In this document: piece after piece, positions 40,001 through 54,760 of the stretch
Layout: each line of letters opens with the position of its first letter
Position numbering within the stretch: the stretch's first letter is position 1
DNA from: Eledone cirrhosa
Taxonomy: Eukaryota
Assembly (NCBI GenBank): GCA_964016885.1
Contig: OZ024744.1
Span: 13,454,001-13,518,000 of the forward strand
Reading direction: 5' to 3'
DNA: 64,000 nt
Position numbers and translations under genes: made by a program
The notes under the pieces: generated by a model
Database searches by the model: none
What the model was told of the DNA's origin: nothing
Seen by the model: the letters and a program-made list of their open reading frames with translations, nothing else

Positions 40001-43000
40001 ATGGACATGTGCTTACAATCTCTCAGTAGATCAGAGAGTCATTCCACTTAAAGCCACTCTCTAAATTGAGAGATCACAACTCCCATACTATGGACGTGTG
40101 GTTAGAATGTCTCAGTAGATCAGAGAATCACTCCAGTTAAAGCTACTCTCTAAATTGAGAGATCACAACTACCATACTATGAACATGTGGTTAGAATGTC
40201 TCAGTAGATCAGAGAGTCACTCCAGTTAAAGCTACTCTCTAAATTGAGAGATCACAACTCCCATACTATGGAAATGTGGTTAGAATGTCTCAGTAGATCA
40301 GAGAGTCACTCCAGTTAAAGCCACTCTCTAAATTGAGAGATCACAACTCCCATACTATGGACATGTGGTTAGAATGTCTCAGTAGATCAGAAAGTCACTC
40401 CAGTTAAAGCTACACTCTAAATTGAGAGATCACAACTCCCATACTATGGACATGTGGTTAGAATGTCTCAGTAGATTAGAGTGTCAATCCAGTTAAAGCT
40501 ACTCTATAAATTGAGAGATCACAACTCCAATACTATGGACATGTGGGTAGAATGTCTCAGTAGATCAGAGAGTCACTCCAGTTAAAGCCACTAATTCTCT
40601 AAATTGAGAGATCACAACTTCCATAAAATGGACATGTGGTTAGAATGTCTCAGTAGATCAGAGAGTCACTCCAGTTAAAGCCACTCTCTAAATTGAGAGA
40701 TCACAACTCCTATACTATGGATATAGGGTTAGAATGTCTCAGTAGATCAGTGTGTCACTCCAGTTAAAGCCACTCTCTAAATTGAGAGATCACAATTCCC
40801 ATACTATGGACATGTGGTTAGAATGTCTCAGTAGATCAGGGAGTCATTCTTGTTAAAGCTACTCTCTAAATTGAGAGATCACAACTCCCATACTATGGAC
40901 ATGTGGTTAGAATGTCTCAGTAGATCAGAGTGTCACTCCAGTTAAAGCCACTCTCTAAATTGAGGGATCACAACTCCCATACTATGGACATGTTGTTAGA
41001 ATGTCTCAGTAGATCAGAGAGTCACTCCAATTAAAGCCACTCTCTAAATTGAGAGATCACAACTCCAATACTATGGACATGGGGTTTGAAAGTCTCAGTA
41101 GATTAGAGTGTCACTCCAGTTAAAGCTACTCTCTAAATTGAGAGATCACAACTCCAATACTATGGACATGGGGTTTGAATGTCTCAGTAGATCAGAGAGT
41201 CGCTCAAGTTAAAGCCACTGTATAAATTGAGAGATCACAACTCCAATACTATGAACATGTGGTTAGAATGTCTCAGTAGATCAGAGTATCACTCCAGTTA
41301 AAGCCACTCTCTAAATTGAGAGATCACAACTCCAATACTATGGACATGTGGTTAGAATGTATCAGTAGATTAGAGTGTCATTCCAGTTAAAGCTACTCTC
41401 TAAATTGAGAGATCACAACTCCCATACTATGGCCATGTGGGTAGAATGTCTCAGTAGATCAGAGAGTCACTCCAGTTAAAGCGACTAATTCTCTAAATTG
41501 AGAGATCACAACTCCCATACTATGGACATGTGGTTAGAATGTCTCAGTAGATCAGAGAGTCACTCCAGTTAAAGCCACTCTCTAATTTGAGAGATCACAT
41601 CTTCCATACTATGGACATGGGGTTTGAATGTCTCAGTAGATCAGAGATTCACTCCAGTTAAAGCTACTCTCTAAATTGAGAGATTACAACTCCAATACTA
41701 TGGACATGTGGTTAGAATTTCTCAGTAGATTAGAGAGTCACTCCAGTTAAAGCCACTCTTTAAATTGAGAGATCACAACTTCCATACTATTGACATGTGG
41801 TTAGAATGTTTCAGTAGATCAGAGAGTCACTTCAGTTAAAGCCACTCTCTAAATTGAGAGATCACAACTCCAATAGTATGGTCATGTGGTTAGAATGTCT
41901 CAGTAGATCAGAGAGTCACTCCAGTTAAAGCCACTCTCTAAATTGAGAGATCACAACTCCCATACTATGGAAATGTGGTTAGAATGTCTCAGTAGATCAG
42001 GGAGTTATTCTTGTTAAAGCTACTCTCTAAATTGAGAGATCACAACTCCCATACTATGGACATGTGCTTACAATCTCTCAGTAGATCAGAGAGTCATTCC
42101 ACTTAAAGCCACTCTCTAAATTGAGAGATCACAACTCCCATACTATGGACGTGTGGTTAGAATGTCTCAGTAGATCAGAGAATCACTCCAGTTAAAGCTA
42201 CTCTCTAAATTGAGAGATCACAACTACCATACTATGAACATGTGGTTAGAATGTCTCAGTAGATCAGAGAGTCACTCCAGTTAAAGCTACTCTCTAAATT
42301 GAGAGATCACAACTCCCATACTATGGAAATGTGGTTAGAATGTCTCAGTAGATCAGAGAGTCACTCCAGTTAAAGCCACTCTCTAAATTGAGAGATCACA
42401 ACTCCCATACTATGGACATGTGGTTAGAATGTCTAAGTAGATCAGAAAGTCACTCCAGTTAAAGCTACACTCTAAATTGAGAGATCACAACTCCCATACT
42501 ATGGACATGTGGTTAGAATGTCTCAGTAGATTAGAGTGTCAATCCAGTTAAAGCTACTCTATAAATTGAGAGATCACAACTCCCATACTATGGACATGTG
42601 GGTAGAATGTCTCAGTAGATCAGAGAGTCACTCCAGTTAAAGCCACTAATTCTCTAAATTGAGAGATCACAACTTCTATAAAATGGACATGTGGTTAGAA
42701 TGTCTCAGTAGATCAGAGAGTCACTCCAGTTAAATCCACTCTCTAAATTGAGAGATCACAACTCCTGTACTATGGATATAGGGTTAGAATGTCTCAGTAG
42801 ATCAGTGTGTCACTCCAGTTAAAGCCACTCTCTAAATTGAGAGATCACAATTCCCATACTATGGACATGTGGTTAGAATGTCTCAGTAGATCAGGGAGTC
42901 ATTCTTGTTAAAGCTACTCTCTAAATTGAGAGATCACAACTCCCATACTATGGACATGTGGTTAGAATGTCTCAGTAGATCAGAGTGTCACTCCAGTTAA

Positions 43001-46000
43001 AGCCACTCTCTAAATTGAGGGATCACAACTCCCATACTATGGACATGTTGTTAGAATGTCTCAGTAGATCAGAGAGTCACTCCAATTAAAGCCACTCTCT
43101 AAATTGAGAGATCACAACTCCAATACTATGGACATGGGGTTTGAAAGTCTCAGTAGATTAGAGTGTCACTCCAGTTAAAGCTACTCTCTAAATTGAGAGA
43201 TCACAACTCCAATACTATGGACATGGGGTTTGAATGTCTCAGTAGATCAGAGAGTCGCTCAAGTTAAAGCCACTGTATAAATTGAGAGATCACAACTCCA
43301 ATACTATGAACATGTGGTTAGAATGTCTCAGTAGATCAGAGTATCACTCCAGTTAAAGCCACTCTCTAAATTGAGAGATCACAACTCCAATACTATGGAC
43401 ATGTGGTTAGAATGTATCAGTAGATTAGAGTGTCATTCCAGTTAAAGCTACTCTCTAAATTGAGAGATCACAACTCCCATACTATGGCCATGTGGGTAGA
43501 ATGTCTCAGTAGATCAGAGAGTCACTCCAGTTAAAGCGACTAATTCTCTAAATTGAGAGATCACAACTCCCATACTATGGACATGTGGTTAGAATGTCTC
43601 AGTAGATCAGAGAGTCACTCCAGTTAAAGCCACTCTCTAATTTGAGAGATCACATCTTCCATACTATGGACATGGGGTTTGAATGTCTCAGTAGATCAGA
43701 GATTCACTCCAGTTAAAGCTACTCTCTAAATTGAGAGATTACAACTCCAATACTATGGACATGTGGTTAGAATTTCTCAGTAGATTAGAGAGTCACTCCA
43801 GTTAAAGCCACTCTTTAAATTGAGAGATCACAACTTCCATACTATTGACATGTGGTTAGAATGTTTCAGTAGATCAGAGAGTCACTTCAGTTAAAGCCAC
43901 TCTCTAAATTGAGAGATCACAACTCCAATAGTATGGTCATGTGGTTAGAATGTCTCAGTAGATCAGAGAGTCACTCCAGTTAAAGCCACTCTCTAAATTG
44001 AGAGATCACAACTCCCATACTATGGACATGTGGTTAGAATGTCTCAGTAGATCAGGGAGTCATTCTTGTTAAAGCTACTCTCTAAATTGAGAGATCACAA
44101 CTCCCATACTATGGACATGTGCTTACAATCTCTCAGTAGATCAGAGAGTCATTCCACTTAAAGCCACTCTCTAAATTGAGAGATCACAACTCCCATACTA
44201 TGGACGTGTGGTTAGAATGTCTCAGTAGATCAGAGAATCACTCCAGTTAAAGCTACTCTCTAAATTGAGAGATCACAACTACCATACTATGAACATGTGG
44301 TTAGAATGTCTCAGTAGATCAGAGAGTCACTCCAGTTAAAGCTACTCTCTAAATTGAGAGATCACAACTCCCATACTATGGAAATGTGGTTAGAATGTCT
44401 CAGTAGATCAGAGAGTCACTCCAGTTAAAGCCACTCTCTAAATTGAGAGATCACAACTCCCATACTATGGACATGTGGTTAGAATGTCTCAGTAGATCAG
44501 AAAGTCACTCCAGTTAAAGCTACACTCTAAATTGAGAGATCACAACTCCCATACTATGGACATGTGGTTAGAATGTCTCAGTAGATTAGAGTGTCAATCC
44601 AGTTAAAGCTACTCTATAAATTGAGAGATCACAACTCCCATACTATGGACATGTGGGTAGAATGTCTCAGTAGATCAGAGAGTCACTCCAGTTAAAGCCA
44701 CTAATTCTCTAAATTGAGAGATCACAACTTCCATAAAATGGACATGTGGTTAGAATGTCTCAGTAGATCAGAGAGTCACTCCAGTTAAAGCCACTCTCTA
44801 AATTGAGAGATCACAACTCCTATACTATGGATATAGGGTTAGAATGTCTCAGTAGATCAGTGTGTCACTCCAGTTAAAGCCACTCTCTAAATTGAGAGAT
44901 CACAATTCCCATACTATGGACATGTGGTTAGAATGTCTCAGTAGATCAGGGAGTCATTCTTGTTAAAGCTACTCTCTAAATTGAGAGATCACAACTCCCA
45001 TACTATGGACATGTGGTTAGAATGTCTCAGTAGATCAGAGTGTCACTCCAGTTAAAGCCACTCTCTAAATTGAGGGATCACAACTCCCATACTATGGACA
45101 TGTTGTTAGAATGTCTCAGTAGATCAGAGAGTCACTCCAATTAAAGCCACTCTCTAAATTGAGAGATCACAACTCCAATACTATGGACATGGGGTTTGAA
45201 AGTCTCAGTAGATTAGAGTGTCACTCCAGTTAAAGCTACGCTCTAAATTGAGAGATCACAACTCCAATACTATGGACATGGGGTTTGAATGTCTCAGTAG
45301 ATCAGAGAGTCGCTCAAGTTAAAGCCACTCTATAAATTGAGAGATCACAACTCCAATACTATGAACATGTGGTTAGAATGTCTCAGTAGATCAGAGTGTC
45401 ATTCCAGTTAAAGCTACTCTCTAAATTGAGAGATCACAACTCCCATACTATGGACATGTGGTTAGAATGTATCAGTAGATTAGAGTGTCATTCCAGTTAA
45501 AGCTACTCTCTAAATTGAGAGATCACAACTCCCATACTATGGCCATGTGGGTAGAATGTCTCAGTAGATCAGAGAGTCACTCCAGTTAAAGCGACTAATT
45601 CTCTAAATTGAGAGATCACAACTCCCATACTATGGACATGTGGTTAGAATGTCTCAGTAGATCAGAGAGTCACTCCAGTTAAAGCCACTCTCTAATTTGA
45701 GAGATCACATCTTCCATACTATGGACATGGGGTTTGAATGTCTCAGTAGATCAGAGATTCACTCCAGTTAAAGCTACTCTCTAAATTGAGAGATTACAAC
45801 TCCAATACTATGGACATGTGGTTAGAATTTCTCAGTAGATTAGAGAGTCACTCCAGTTAAAGCCACTCTTTAAATTGAGAGATCACAACTTCCATACTAT
45901 TGACATGTGGTTAGAATGTTTCAGTAGATCAGAGAGTCACTTCAGTTAAAGCCACTCTCTAAATTGAGAGATCACAACTCCAATAGTATGGTCATGTGGT

Positions 46001-48330
46001 TAGAATGTCTCCGTAGATCAGAGAGTCACTCCAGTTAAAGCCACTCTCTAAATTGAGAGATCACAACTCCCATACTATGGACATGTGGTTAGAATGCCTC
46101 AGTAGATCAGGGAGTCATTCTTGTTAAAGCTACTCTCTAAATTGAGAGATCACAACTCCCATACTATGGACATGTGCTTACAATCTCTCAGTAGATCAGA
46201 GAGTCATTCCACTTAAAGCCACTCTCTAAATTGAGAGATCACAACTCCCATACTATGGACGTGTGGTTAGAATGTCTCAGTAGATCAGAGAATCACTCCA
46301 GTTAAAGCTACTCTCTAAATTGAGAGATCACAACTACCATACTATGAACATGTGGTTAGAATGTCTCAGTAGATCAGAGAGTCACTCCAGTTAAAGCTAC
46401 TCTCTAAATTGAGAGATCACAACTCCCATACTATGGAAATGTGGTTAGAATGTCTCAGTAGATCAGAGAGTCACTCCAGTTAAAGCCACTCTCTAAATTG
46501 AGAGATCACAACTCCCATACTATGGACATGTGGTTAGAATGTCTCAGTAGATCAGAAAGTCACTCCAGTTAAAGCTACACTCTAAATTGAGAGATCACAA
46601 CTCCCATACTATGGACATGTGGTTAGAATGTCTAAGTAGATTAGAGTGTCAATCCAGTTAAAGCTACTCTATAAATTGAGAGATCACAACTCCCATACTA
46701 TGGACATGTGGGTAGAATGTCTCAGTAGATCAGAGAGTCACTCCAGTTAAAGCCACTAATTCTCTAAATTGAGAGATCACAACTCCCATACTATGGACAT
46801 GTGGTTAGAATGTCTCAGTAGATCAGAGAGTCACTCCAGATAAGCCACTCTCTAAATTGAGAGATCACAACTTCCATACTATGGACATGTGGTTAGAATG
46901 TATCAGTAGATTAGAGTGTCATTCCAGTTAAAGCTACTCTCTAAATTGAGAGATCACAACTCCCATACTATGGCCATGTGGGTAGAATGTCTCAGTAGAT
47001 CAGAGAGTCACTCCAGTTAAAGCGACTAATTCTCTAAATTGAGAGATCACAACTCCCATACTATGGACATGTGGTTAGAATGTCTCAGTAGATCAGAGAG
47101 TCACTCCAGTTAAAGCCACTCTCTAATTTGAGAGATCACATCTTCCATACTATGGACATGGGGTTTGAATGTCTCAGTAGATCAGAGATTCACTCCAGTT
47201 AAAGCTACTCTCTAAATTGAGAGATTACAACTCCAATACTATGGACATGTGGTTAGAATTTCTCAGTAGATTAGAGAGTCACTCCAGTTAAAGCCACTCT
47301 TTAAATTGAGAGATCACAACTTCCATACTATTGACATGTGGTTAGAATGTTTCAGTAGATCAGAGAGTCACTTCAGTTAAAGCCACTCTCTAAATTGAGA
47401 GATCACAACTCCAATAGTATGGTCATGTGGTTAGAATGTCTCCGTAGATCAGAGAGTCACTCCAGTTAAAGCCACTCTCTAAATTGAGAGATCACAACTC
47501 CCATACTATGGACATGTGGTTAGAATGCCTCAGTAGATCAGGGAGTCATTCTTGTTAAAGCTACTCTCTAAATTGAGAGATCACAACTCCCATACTATGG
47601 ACATGTGCTTACAATCTCTCAGTAGATCAGAGAGTCATTCCACTTAAAGCCACTCTCTAAATTGAGAGATCACAACTCCCATACTATGGACGTGTGGTTA
47701 GAATGTCTCAGTAGATCAGAGAATCACTCCAGTTAAAGCTACTCTCTAAATTGAGAGATCACAACTACCATACTATGAACATGTGGTTAGAATGTCTCAG
47801 TAGATCAGAGAGTCACTCCAGTTAAAGCTACTCTCTAAATTGAGAGATCACAACTCCCATACTATGGAAATGTGGTTAGAATGTCTCAGTAGATCAGAGA
47901 GTCACTCCAGTTAAAGCCACTCTCTAAATTGAGAGATCACAACTCCCACACTATGGACATGTGGTTAGAATGTCTCAGTAGATCAGAAAGTCACTCCAGT
48001 TAAAGCTACACTCTAAATTGAGAGATCACAACTCCCATACTATGGACATGTGGTTAGAATGTCTAAGTAGATTAGAGTGTCAATCCAGTTAAAGCTACTC
48101 TATAAATTGAGAGATCACAACTCCCATACTATGGACATGTGGGTAGAATGTCTCAGTAGATCAGAGAGTCACTCCAGTTAAAGCCACTAATTCTCTAAAT
48201 TGAGAGATCACAACTCCCATACTATGGACATGTGGTTAGAATGTCTCAGTAGATCAGAGAGTCACTCCAGATAAGCCACTCTCTAAATTGAGAGATCACA
48301 ACTTCCATACTATGGACATGTGGTTAGAAT
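37050..48330. repeat. 23-mer HOR (2055 bp) domain flanked by a 20-mer and a 16-mer variant unit
   Basis: Marker TTGACATGTG at 37951, 39735, 41790, 43845, 45900, 47331 (gaps 1784, 2055, 2055, 2055, 1431). 2055 = 23x89 plus two 4-bp insertions. Linked markers are GGCCATGTGG, GAATTTCTCAG, CCACTTAAAG and ACTACCATACTATGAAC. Confidence 0.92.
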
Positions 48331-51239
48331 GTCTCGGTAGATCAGAGAGTCACTCCAGTTAAATCTACTCACTAAATTGAGAGATCACAACTCCCATACC
48401 ATGGACATGGGGTTTGAATGTCTCAGTAGATCAGAGATTCACTCCAGTTAAAGCTACTCTCTAAATTGAGAGATAACAACTCCAATACTATGGACATGTG
48501 GTTAGAATCTCTCAGTAGATTAGAGTGTCAATCCAGTTAAAGCTACTCTCTAAATTGAGAGATCACAACTCCCATACTATGGACATGTGGGTAGAATGTC
48601 TCAGTAGATCAGAGAGTCACTCCAGTTAAAGCCACTAATTTTCTAAATTGAGAGATCACAACTCCCATACTATGGACATGGGGTTAGAATGTCTCAGTAG
48701 ATCAGAGTGTCACTCCAGTTAAAGCTACTCTCTAAATTGAGAGATCACAACTCCAATACTATGGACATGGGGTTTGAAATTCTCAGTAGATCAGAGTGTC
48801 ACTCCAGTTAAAGCTACTCTCTAAATTGAGAGATTACAACTCCGATACTATGGACATGTGGTTAGAATGTCTCAGTAGATTAGAGAGTCACTCCAGTTAA
48901 AGCCACTCTCTAAATTGAGAGATCACAACTCCAATACTATGGACATGGGGTTAGAATGTCTCAGTAGATCAGAGTGTCACTCCAGTTAAAGCCACTCTCT
49001 AATTTGAGAGATCACAACTCCAATACTATGGTCATGTGGTTAGAATGTCTCAGTAGATCAGAGAGTCACTCCAGTTAAAGCCACTCTCTAAATTGAGAGA
49101 TCACAACTCCAATAATATGGACATGGGGTTTGAATGTCTCAGTACATCAGAGTGTCACTCCAGTTAAAGTTACTCTCTAAATTGAGAGATCACAACTCCA
49201 ATAATATGGACATGGGGTTTGAATGTCTCAGTAGATCAGAGAGTCACTCCAGTTAAAGCTACTCTCTAAATTGAGAGATCACAACTCCAATACTATGGAC
49301 ATGGGGTTTGAAAATCTCAGTAGATCAGAGTGTCACTCCAGTTAAAGCTACTCTCTAAATTGAGAGATCACAACTCCCATACTATGGACATGGGGTTTGA
49401 ATGTCTCAGTAGATCAGAGATTCACTCCAGTTAAAGCTACTCTCTAAATTGAGAGATCACAACTCCAATACTATGGACATGGGGTTTGAAAGTCTCAGTA
49501 GATCAGAGTGTCACTCCAGGTAAAGCTACTCTCTAAATTGAGAGATTACAACTCCCATAGTATGGACATGTGGTTAGAATGTCTCAGTAGATCAGAGAGT
49601 CACTCCAGTTAAAGCCACTCTCTAAATTGAGAGATCACAACTCCCATACTATGGACATGTGGTGAGAATGTCTCAGTAGATCAGAGAGTCACTCCAGTTA
49701 AAGCTACTCTCTAAATTGAGAGATCACAACTCCTATACTATGGACATGGCGTTCGAATGTCTCAGTAGATCAGAGTGTCACTCCAGTTAAAGCCACTCTC
49801 TAAATTGAGAGATCACAACTCCAATACTATGGACATGTGGTTAGAATGTCTCAGTAGATCAGAGTGTCACTCCAGTTAAAGCCACTCTCTAAATTGAGAG
49901 ATCACAACTTCCATACTATGGACATGTGGTTAGAATGTCTCAGTAGATCAGAGAGTCACTTCAGTTGAAGCCACTCTCTAAATTGAGGGATCACAACTCC
50001 AATACTATGGACATGTGGTTAGAATGTCTCAGTAGATCAGAGAGTCATTCCAGTTAAAGCCACTCTCTAAATTGAGAGATCACAACTCCCATACTATGGA
50101 CATGTGGTTAGAATGTCTCAGTAGATCAGAGAGTCACTCCAGTTAAAGCTACTCTCTAAATTGAGAGATCACAACTCCCATACTATGGAAATGTGGTTAG
50201 AACGTCTCAGTAGATCAGAGAGTCACTCCAGTTAAAGCCACTCTCTAAATTGAGAGATCAGAACTCCCACACTATGGACATGTGGTTAGAATGTCTCAGT
50301 AGATCAGAAAGTCACTCCAGTTAAAGCTACACTCTAAATTGAGAGATCACAATTCCTATACTATGGACATGGGATTAGAATGTCTCAGTAGATCAGAGTG
50401 TCACTCCAGTTAAAGCCACTCTCTAAATTGAGGGATCACAACTCCCATACTATGGACATGTGGTTAGAATGTCACAGTAGATCAGAGAGTCACTCCAGTT
50501 AAAGCCACTCTCTAAATTGAGAGATCACAACTCCAATACTATGGACATGAGATTTGAAAGTCTCAGTAGATTAGCGTGTCACTCCAGTTAAAGTTACTCT
50601 CTAAATTGAGAGATCACAACTCCAATACTATGGACATGGGGTTTGAATGACTCAGTAGATCAGAGAGTCGCTCAAGTTAAAGCCACTCTCTAAATTGAGA
50701 GATCACAACTCCAATACTATGGATATGTGGTTAGAATGTCTCAGTAGATCAGAGTGTCACTCCAGTTAAAGCTACTCTCTAAATTGAGAGATCACAACTC
50801 CCATACTATGGACATGTGTTTAGAATGTCTCATTAGATTAGAGTGTCAATCCAGTTAAAGCTACTCTCTAAATTGAGAGATCACAACTCCCATAATATGG
50901 ACATGTGGGTAGAATGTCTCAGTAGATCAGAGAGTCACTCCAGTTAAAGCCAATAATTCTCTAAATTGAGAGATCACAACTCCCATACTATGGACATGGG
51001 GTTTGAATGTCTCAGTAGATCAGAGATTCACTCCAGTTAAAGCCACTCTCTAAATTGAGAGATCACAACTCCAATACTATGGACATGGGGTTAGAATGTC
51101 TCAGTAGATCAGAGTGTCACTCCAGTTAAAGCCACTCTCTAAATTGAGAGATCACAACTTCCATACTATGGACATGTGGTTAGAATGTCTCAGTAGATCA
51201 GAGAGTCACTCCAGTTAAAGCAACTCTCTAAGTTGAGAG

Positions 51240-54200
51240 ATCACAACTCCAATACTATGGACATGGGGTTTGAAAGTCTCAGTAGATCAGAGTGTCACTC
51301 CAGTTAAAGCTACTCTCTAAATTGACAGATTACAACTCAAATACTATGGACATGGGGTTTCAATGCCTCAGTAGATCAGAGAGTCACTCCAGTTAAAGCT
51401 ACTCTCTAAATTGAGAGATCACAACTCCCATACTATGGACATGTGGTTAGAATGTCTCAGTAGATCAGAGAGTCACTCCAGTTAAAGCTACTCTCTAAAT
51501 TGAGAGATCACAACTCCCATACTATGGACATGTGGTTAGAATGTCTCAGTAAATCAGAGAGTCACTCCAGTTAAAGCCACTCTCTAAATTGAGAGATCAC
51601 TACTCCCATACTATGGACATGTGTTTAGAATGTCTCAGTAGATCAGAGAGTCAATCCAGTTAAAGCTACTCTCTAAATTGAGAGATCACAACTCCTATAC
51701 TATGGACATGGGGTTAGAATGTCTCAGTAGATCAGAGTGTCACTCCAGTTAAAGCCACTCTCTAAATTGAGAGATCACAACTCCCATACTATGGACATGT
51801 GGTTAGAATGTCTCAGTAGATCAGGGAGTCACTCCAGTTAAAGCCACTCTCTAAATTGAGAGATCACAACTCGCATACTATAGACATGTGTTTAGAATGT
51901 CTCAGTAGATCAGAGAGTCACTCCAGTTAAAGCCACTCTCTAAATTGAGAGATCACAACTCCCATACTATGGATATGTGGGTAGAATGTCTCAGTAGATC
52001 AGAGAGTCACTCCAGTTAAAGCCACACTCAAAATTGAGAGATCACAATTCCAATACTATGGACATGTGGTTAGAATGTCTCAGTAGATCAGAGTGTCACT
52101 CCAGTTAAAGCCACTCTCTAAATTGAGAGATCACAACTTCCATACTATGGACATGTGGTTAGAATGTCTCAGTAGATCAGAGATTCACTCCAGTTAAAGC
52201 TACTCTGTAAATTGAGAGATCACAACTCCCATAGTATGGACATGGGGTTTGAATGTCTCAGTAGATCAGAGAGTCACTCCAGTTAAAGCTACTCTCTAAA
52301 TTGAGAGATCACAACTCCAATACTATGGACATGTGGTTAGAATGTCTCAGTAGATTAGAGTGTCATTCCAGTTAAAGCTACTCTCTAAATTGAGAGATCA
52401 CAACTTCCATACTATGGACATGTGAGTAGAATGTCTCAGTAGATCAGAGAGTCACTCCAGTTAAAGCCACTAATTCTCTAAATTGAGAGATCACAACTCC
52501 CATACTATGGACATGTGGTTAGAATGTCTCAGTAGATCAGAGAGTCACTCCAGTTAAAGCTACTCTCTAAATTGAGAGATCACAACTCCCATACTATGGA
52601 CATGTGGTTAGAATGTCTCAGTAGATCAGAGAGTCACTCCAGTTAAAGCTACTCTCTAAATTGAGAGATCACAACTCCCATACTATGGACATGGGGTTTG
52701 AATGTCTCAGTAGATCAGAGATTCACTCCAGTTAAAGCTACTCTCTAAATTGAGAGATCACAACTCCAATACTATGGACATGGGTTTGATTGTCTCAGTA
52801 GATCAGAGTGTCACTCCAGTTAAAGCTACTCTCTAAATTGAGAGATCACAACTCCAATACTATGGACATGTGGTTAGAATGTCTCAGTAGATCAGAGAGT
52901 CACTCCAGTTAAAGCTACTCACTAAATTGAGAGATCACAACTCCCATACCATGGACATGGGGTTTGAATGTCTCAGTAGATCAGAGATTCACTCCAGTTA
53001 AAGCTACTCTCTAAATTGAGAGATAACAACTCCAATACTATGGACATGTGGTTAGAATGTCTCAGTAGATTAGAGTGTCAATCCAGTTAAAGCTACTCTC
53101 TAAATTGAGAGATCACAACTCCAATACTATGGACATGGGGTTTGAATGACTCAGTAGATCAGAGAGTCGCTCAAGTTAAAGCCACTCTCTAAATTGAGAG
53201 ATCACAACTCCAATACTATGGATATGTGGTTAGAATGTCTCAGTAGATCAGAGTGTCACTCCAGTTAAAGCTACTCTCTAAATTGAGAGATCACAACTCC
53301 AATACTATGGACATGGTGTTTGAAAGTCTCAGTAGATCAGAGTGTCACCCAGTTAAAGCTACTCTCTAAATTGAGAGATTACAACTCCAATACTATGGGC
53401 GTGTGGTTAGAATGTCTCAGTAGATTAGAGAGTCACTCCAGTTAAAGCCACTCTTTAAATTGAGAGATCACAACTCCAATACTATGGACATGGGGTTAGA
53501 ATGTCTCAGTAGATCAGAGTGTCACTCCAGTTAAAGCCACTCTCTAAATTGAGAGATCACAACTCCAATAATATGGACATGGGGTTTGAATGTCTCAGTA
53601 CATCAGAGTGTCACTCCAGTTAAAGTTACTCTCTAAATTGAGAGATCACAACTCCAATACTATGGACATGGGGTTTGAATGTCTCAGTAGATCAGAGAGT
53701 CACTCCAGTTAAAGCTACTCTCTAAATTGAGAGATCACAACTCCAATACTATGGACATGGGGTTTGAAAGTCTCAGTAGATCAGAGTGTCACTCCAGTTA
53801 AAGCTACTCTCTAAATTGAGAGATTACAACTCAAATACTATGGACATGGGGTTTCAATGTCTCAGTAGATCAGAGAGTCACTCCAGTTAAAGCTACTCTC
53901 TAAATTGAGAGATCACAACTCCCATACTATGGACATGTGGTTAGAATGTCTCAGTAGATCAGAGAGTCACTCCAGTTAAAGCTACTCTCTAAATTGAGAG
54001 ATCACAACTCCCATACTATGGACATGTGGTTAGAATGTCTCAGTAAATCAGAGAGTCACTCCAGTTAAAGCCACTCTCTAAATTGAGAGATCACTACTCC
54101 CATACTATGGACATGTGTTTAGAATGTCTCAGTAGATCAGAGAGTCAATCCAGTTAAAGCTACTCTCTAAATTGAGAGATCACAACTCCTATACTATGGA

Positions 54201-54760
54201 CATGGGGTTAGAATGTCTCAGTAGATCAGAGTGTCACTCCAGTTAAAGCCACTCTCTAAATTGAGAGATCACAACTCCCATACTATGGACATGTGGTTAG
54301 AATGTCTCAGTAGATCAGTGAGTCACTCCAGTTAAAGCCACTCTCTAAATTGAGAGATCACAACTCGCATACTATGGACATGTGTTTAGAATGTCTCAGT
54401 AGATCAGAGAGTCACTCCAGTTAAAGCCACTCTCTAAATTGAGAGATCACAACTCCCATACTATGGATATGTGGGTAGAATGTCTCAGTAGATCAGAGAG
54501 TCACTCCAGTTAAAGCCACACTCAAAATTGAGAGATCACAATTCCAATACTATGGACATGTGGTTAGAATGTCTCAGTAGATCAGAGTGTCACTCCAGTT
54601 AAAGCCACTCTCTAAATTGAGAGATCACAACTTCCATACTATGGACATGTGGTTAGAATGTCTCAGTAGATCAGAGATTCACTCCAGTTAAAGCTACTCT
54701 GTAAATTGAGAGATCACAACTCCCATAGTATGGACATGGGGTTTGAACGTCTCAGTAGAT
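51240..54760. repeat. About 1 kb block duplicated at 28-monomer (2494 bp) spacing
   Basis: GCCACACTCAAAATTG at 52021 and 54515. CTCAAATAC, GTAAATCAG, CACTACTCCC and CTCTGTAAA recur in the same order at the same offset. Confidence 0.82.
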
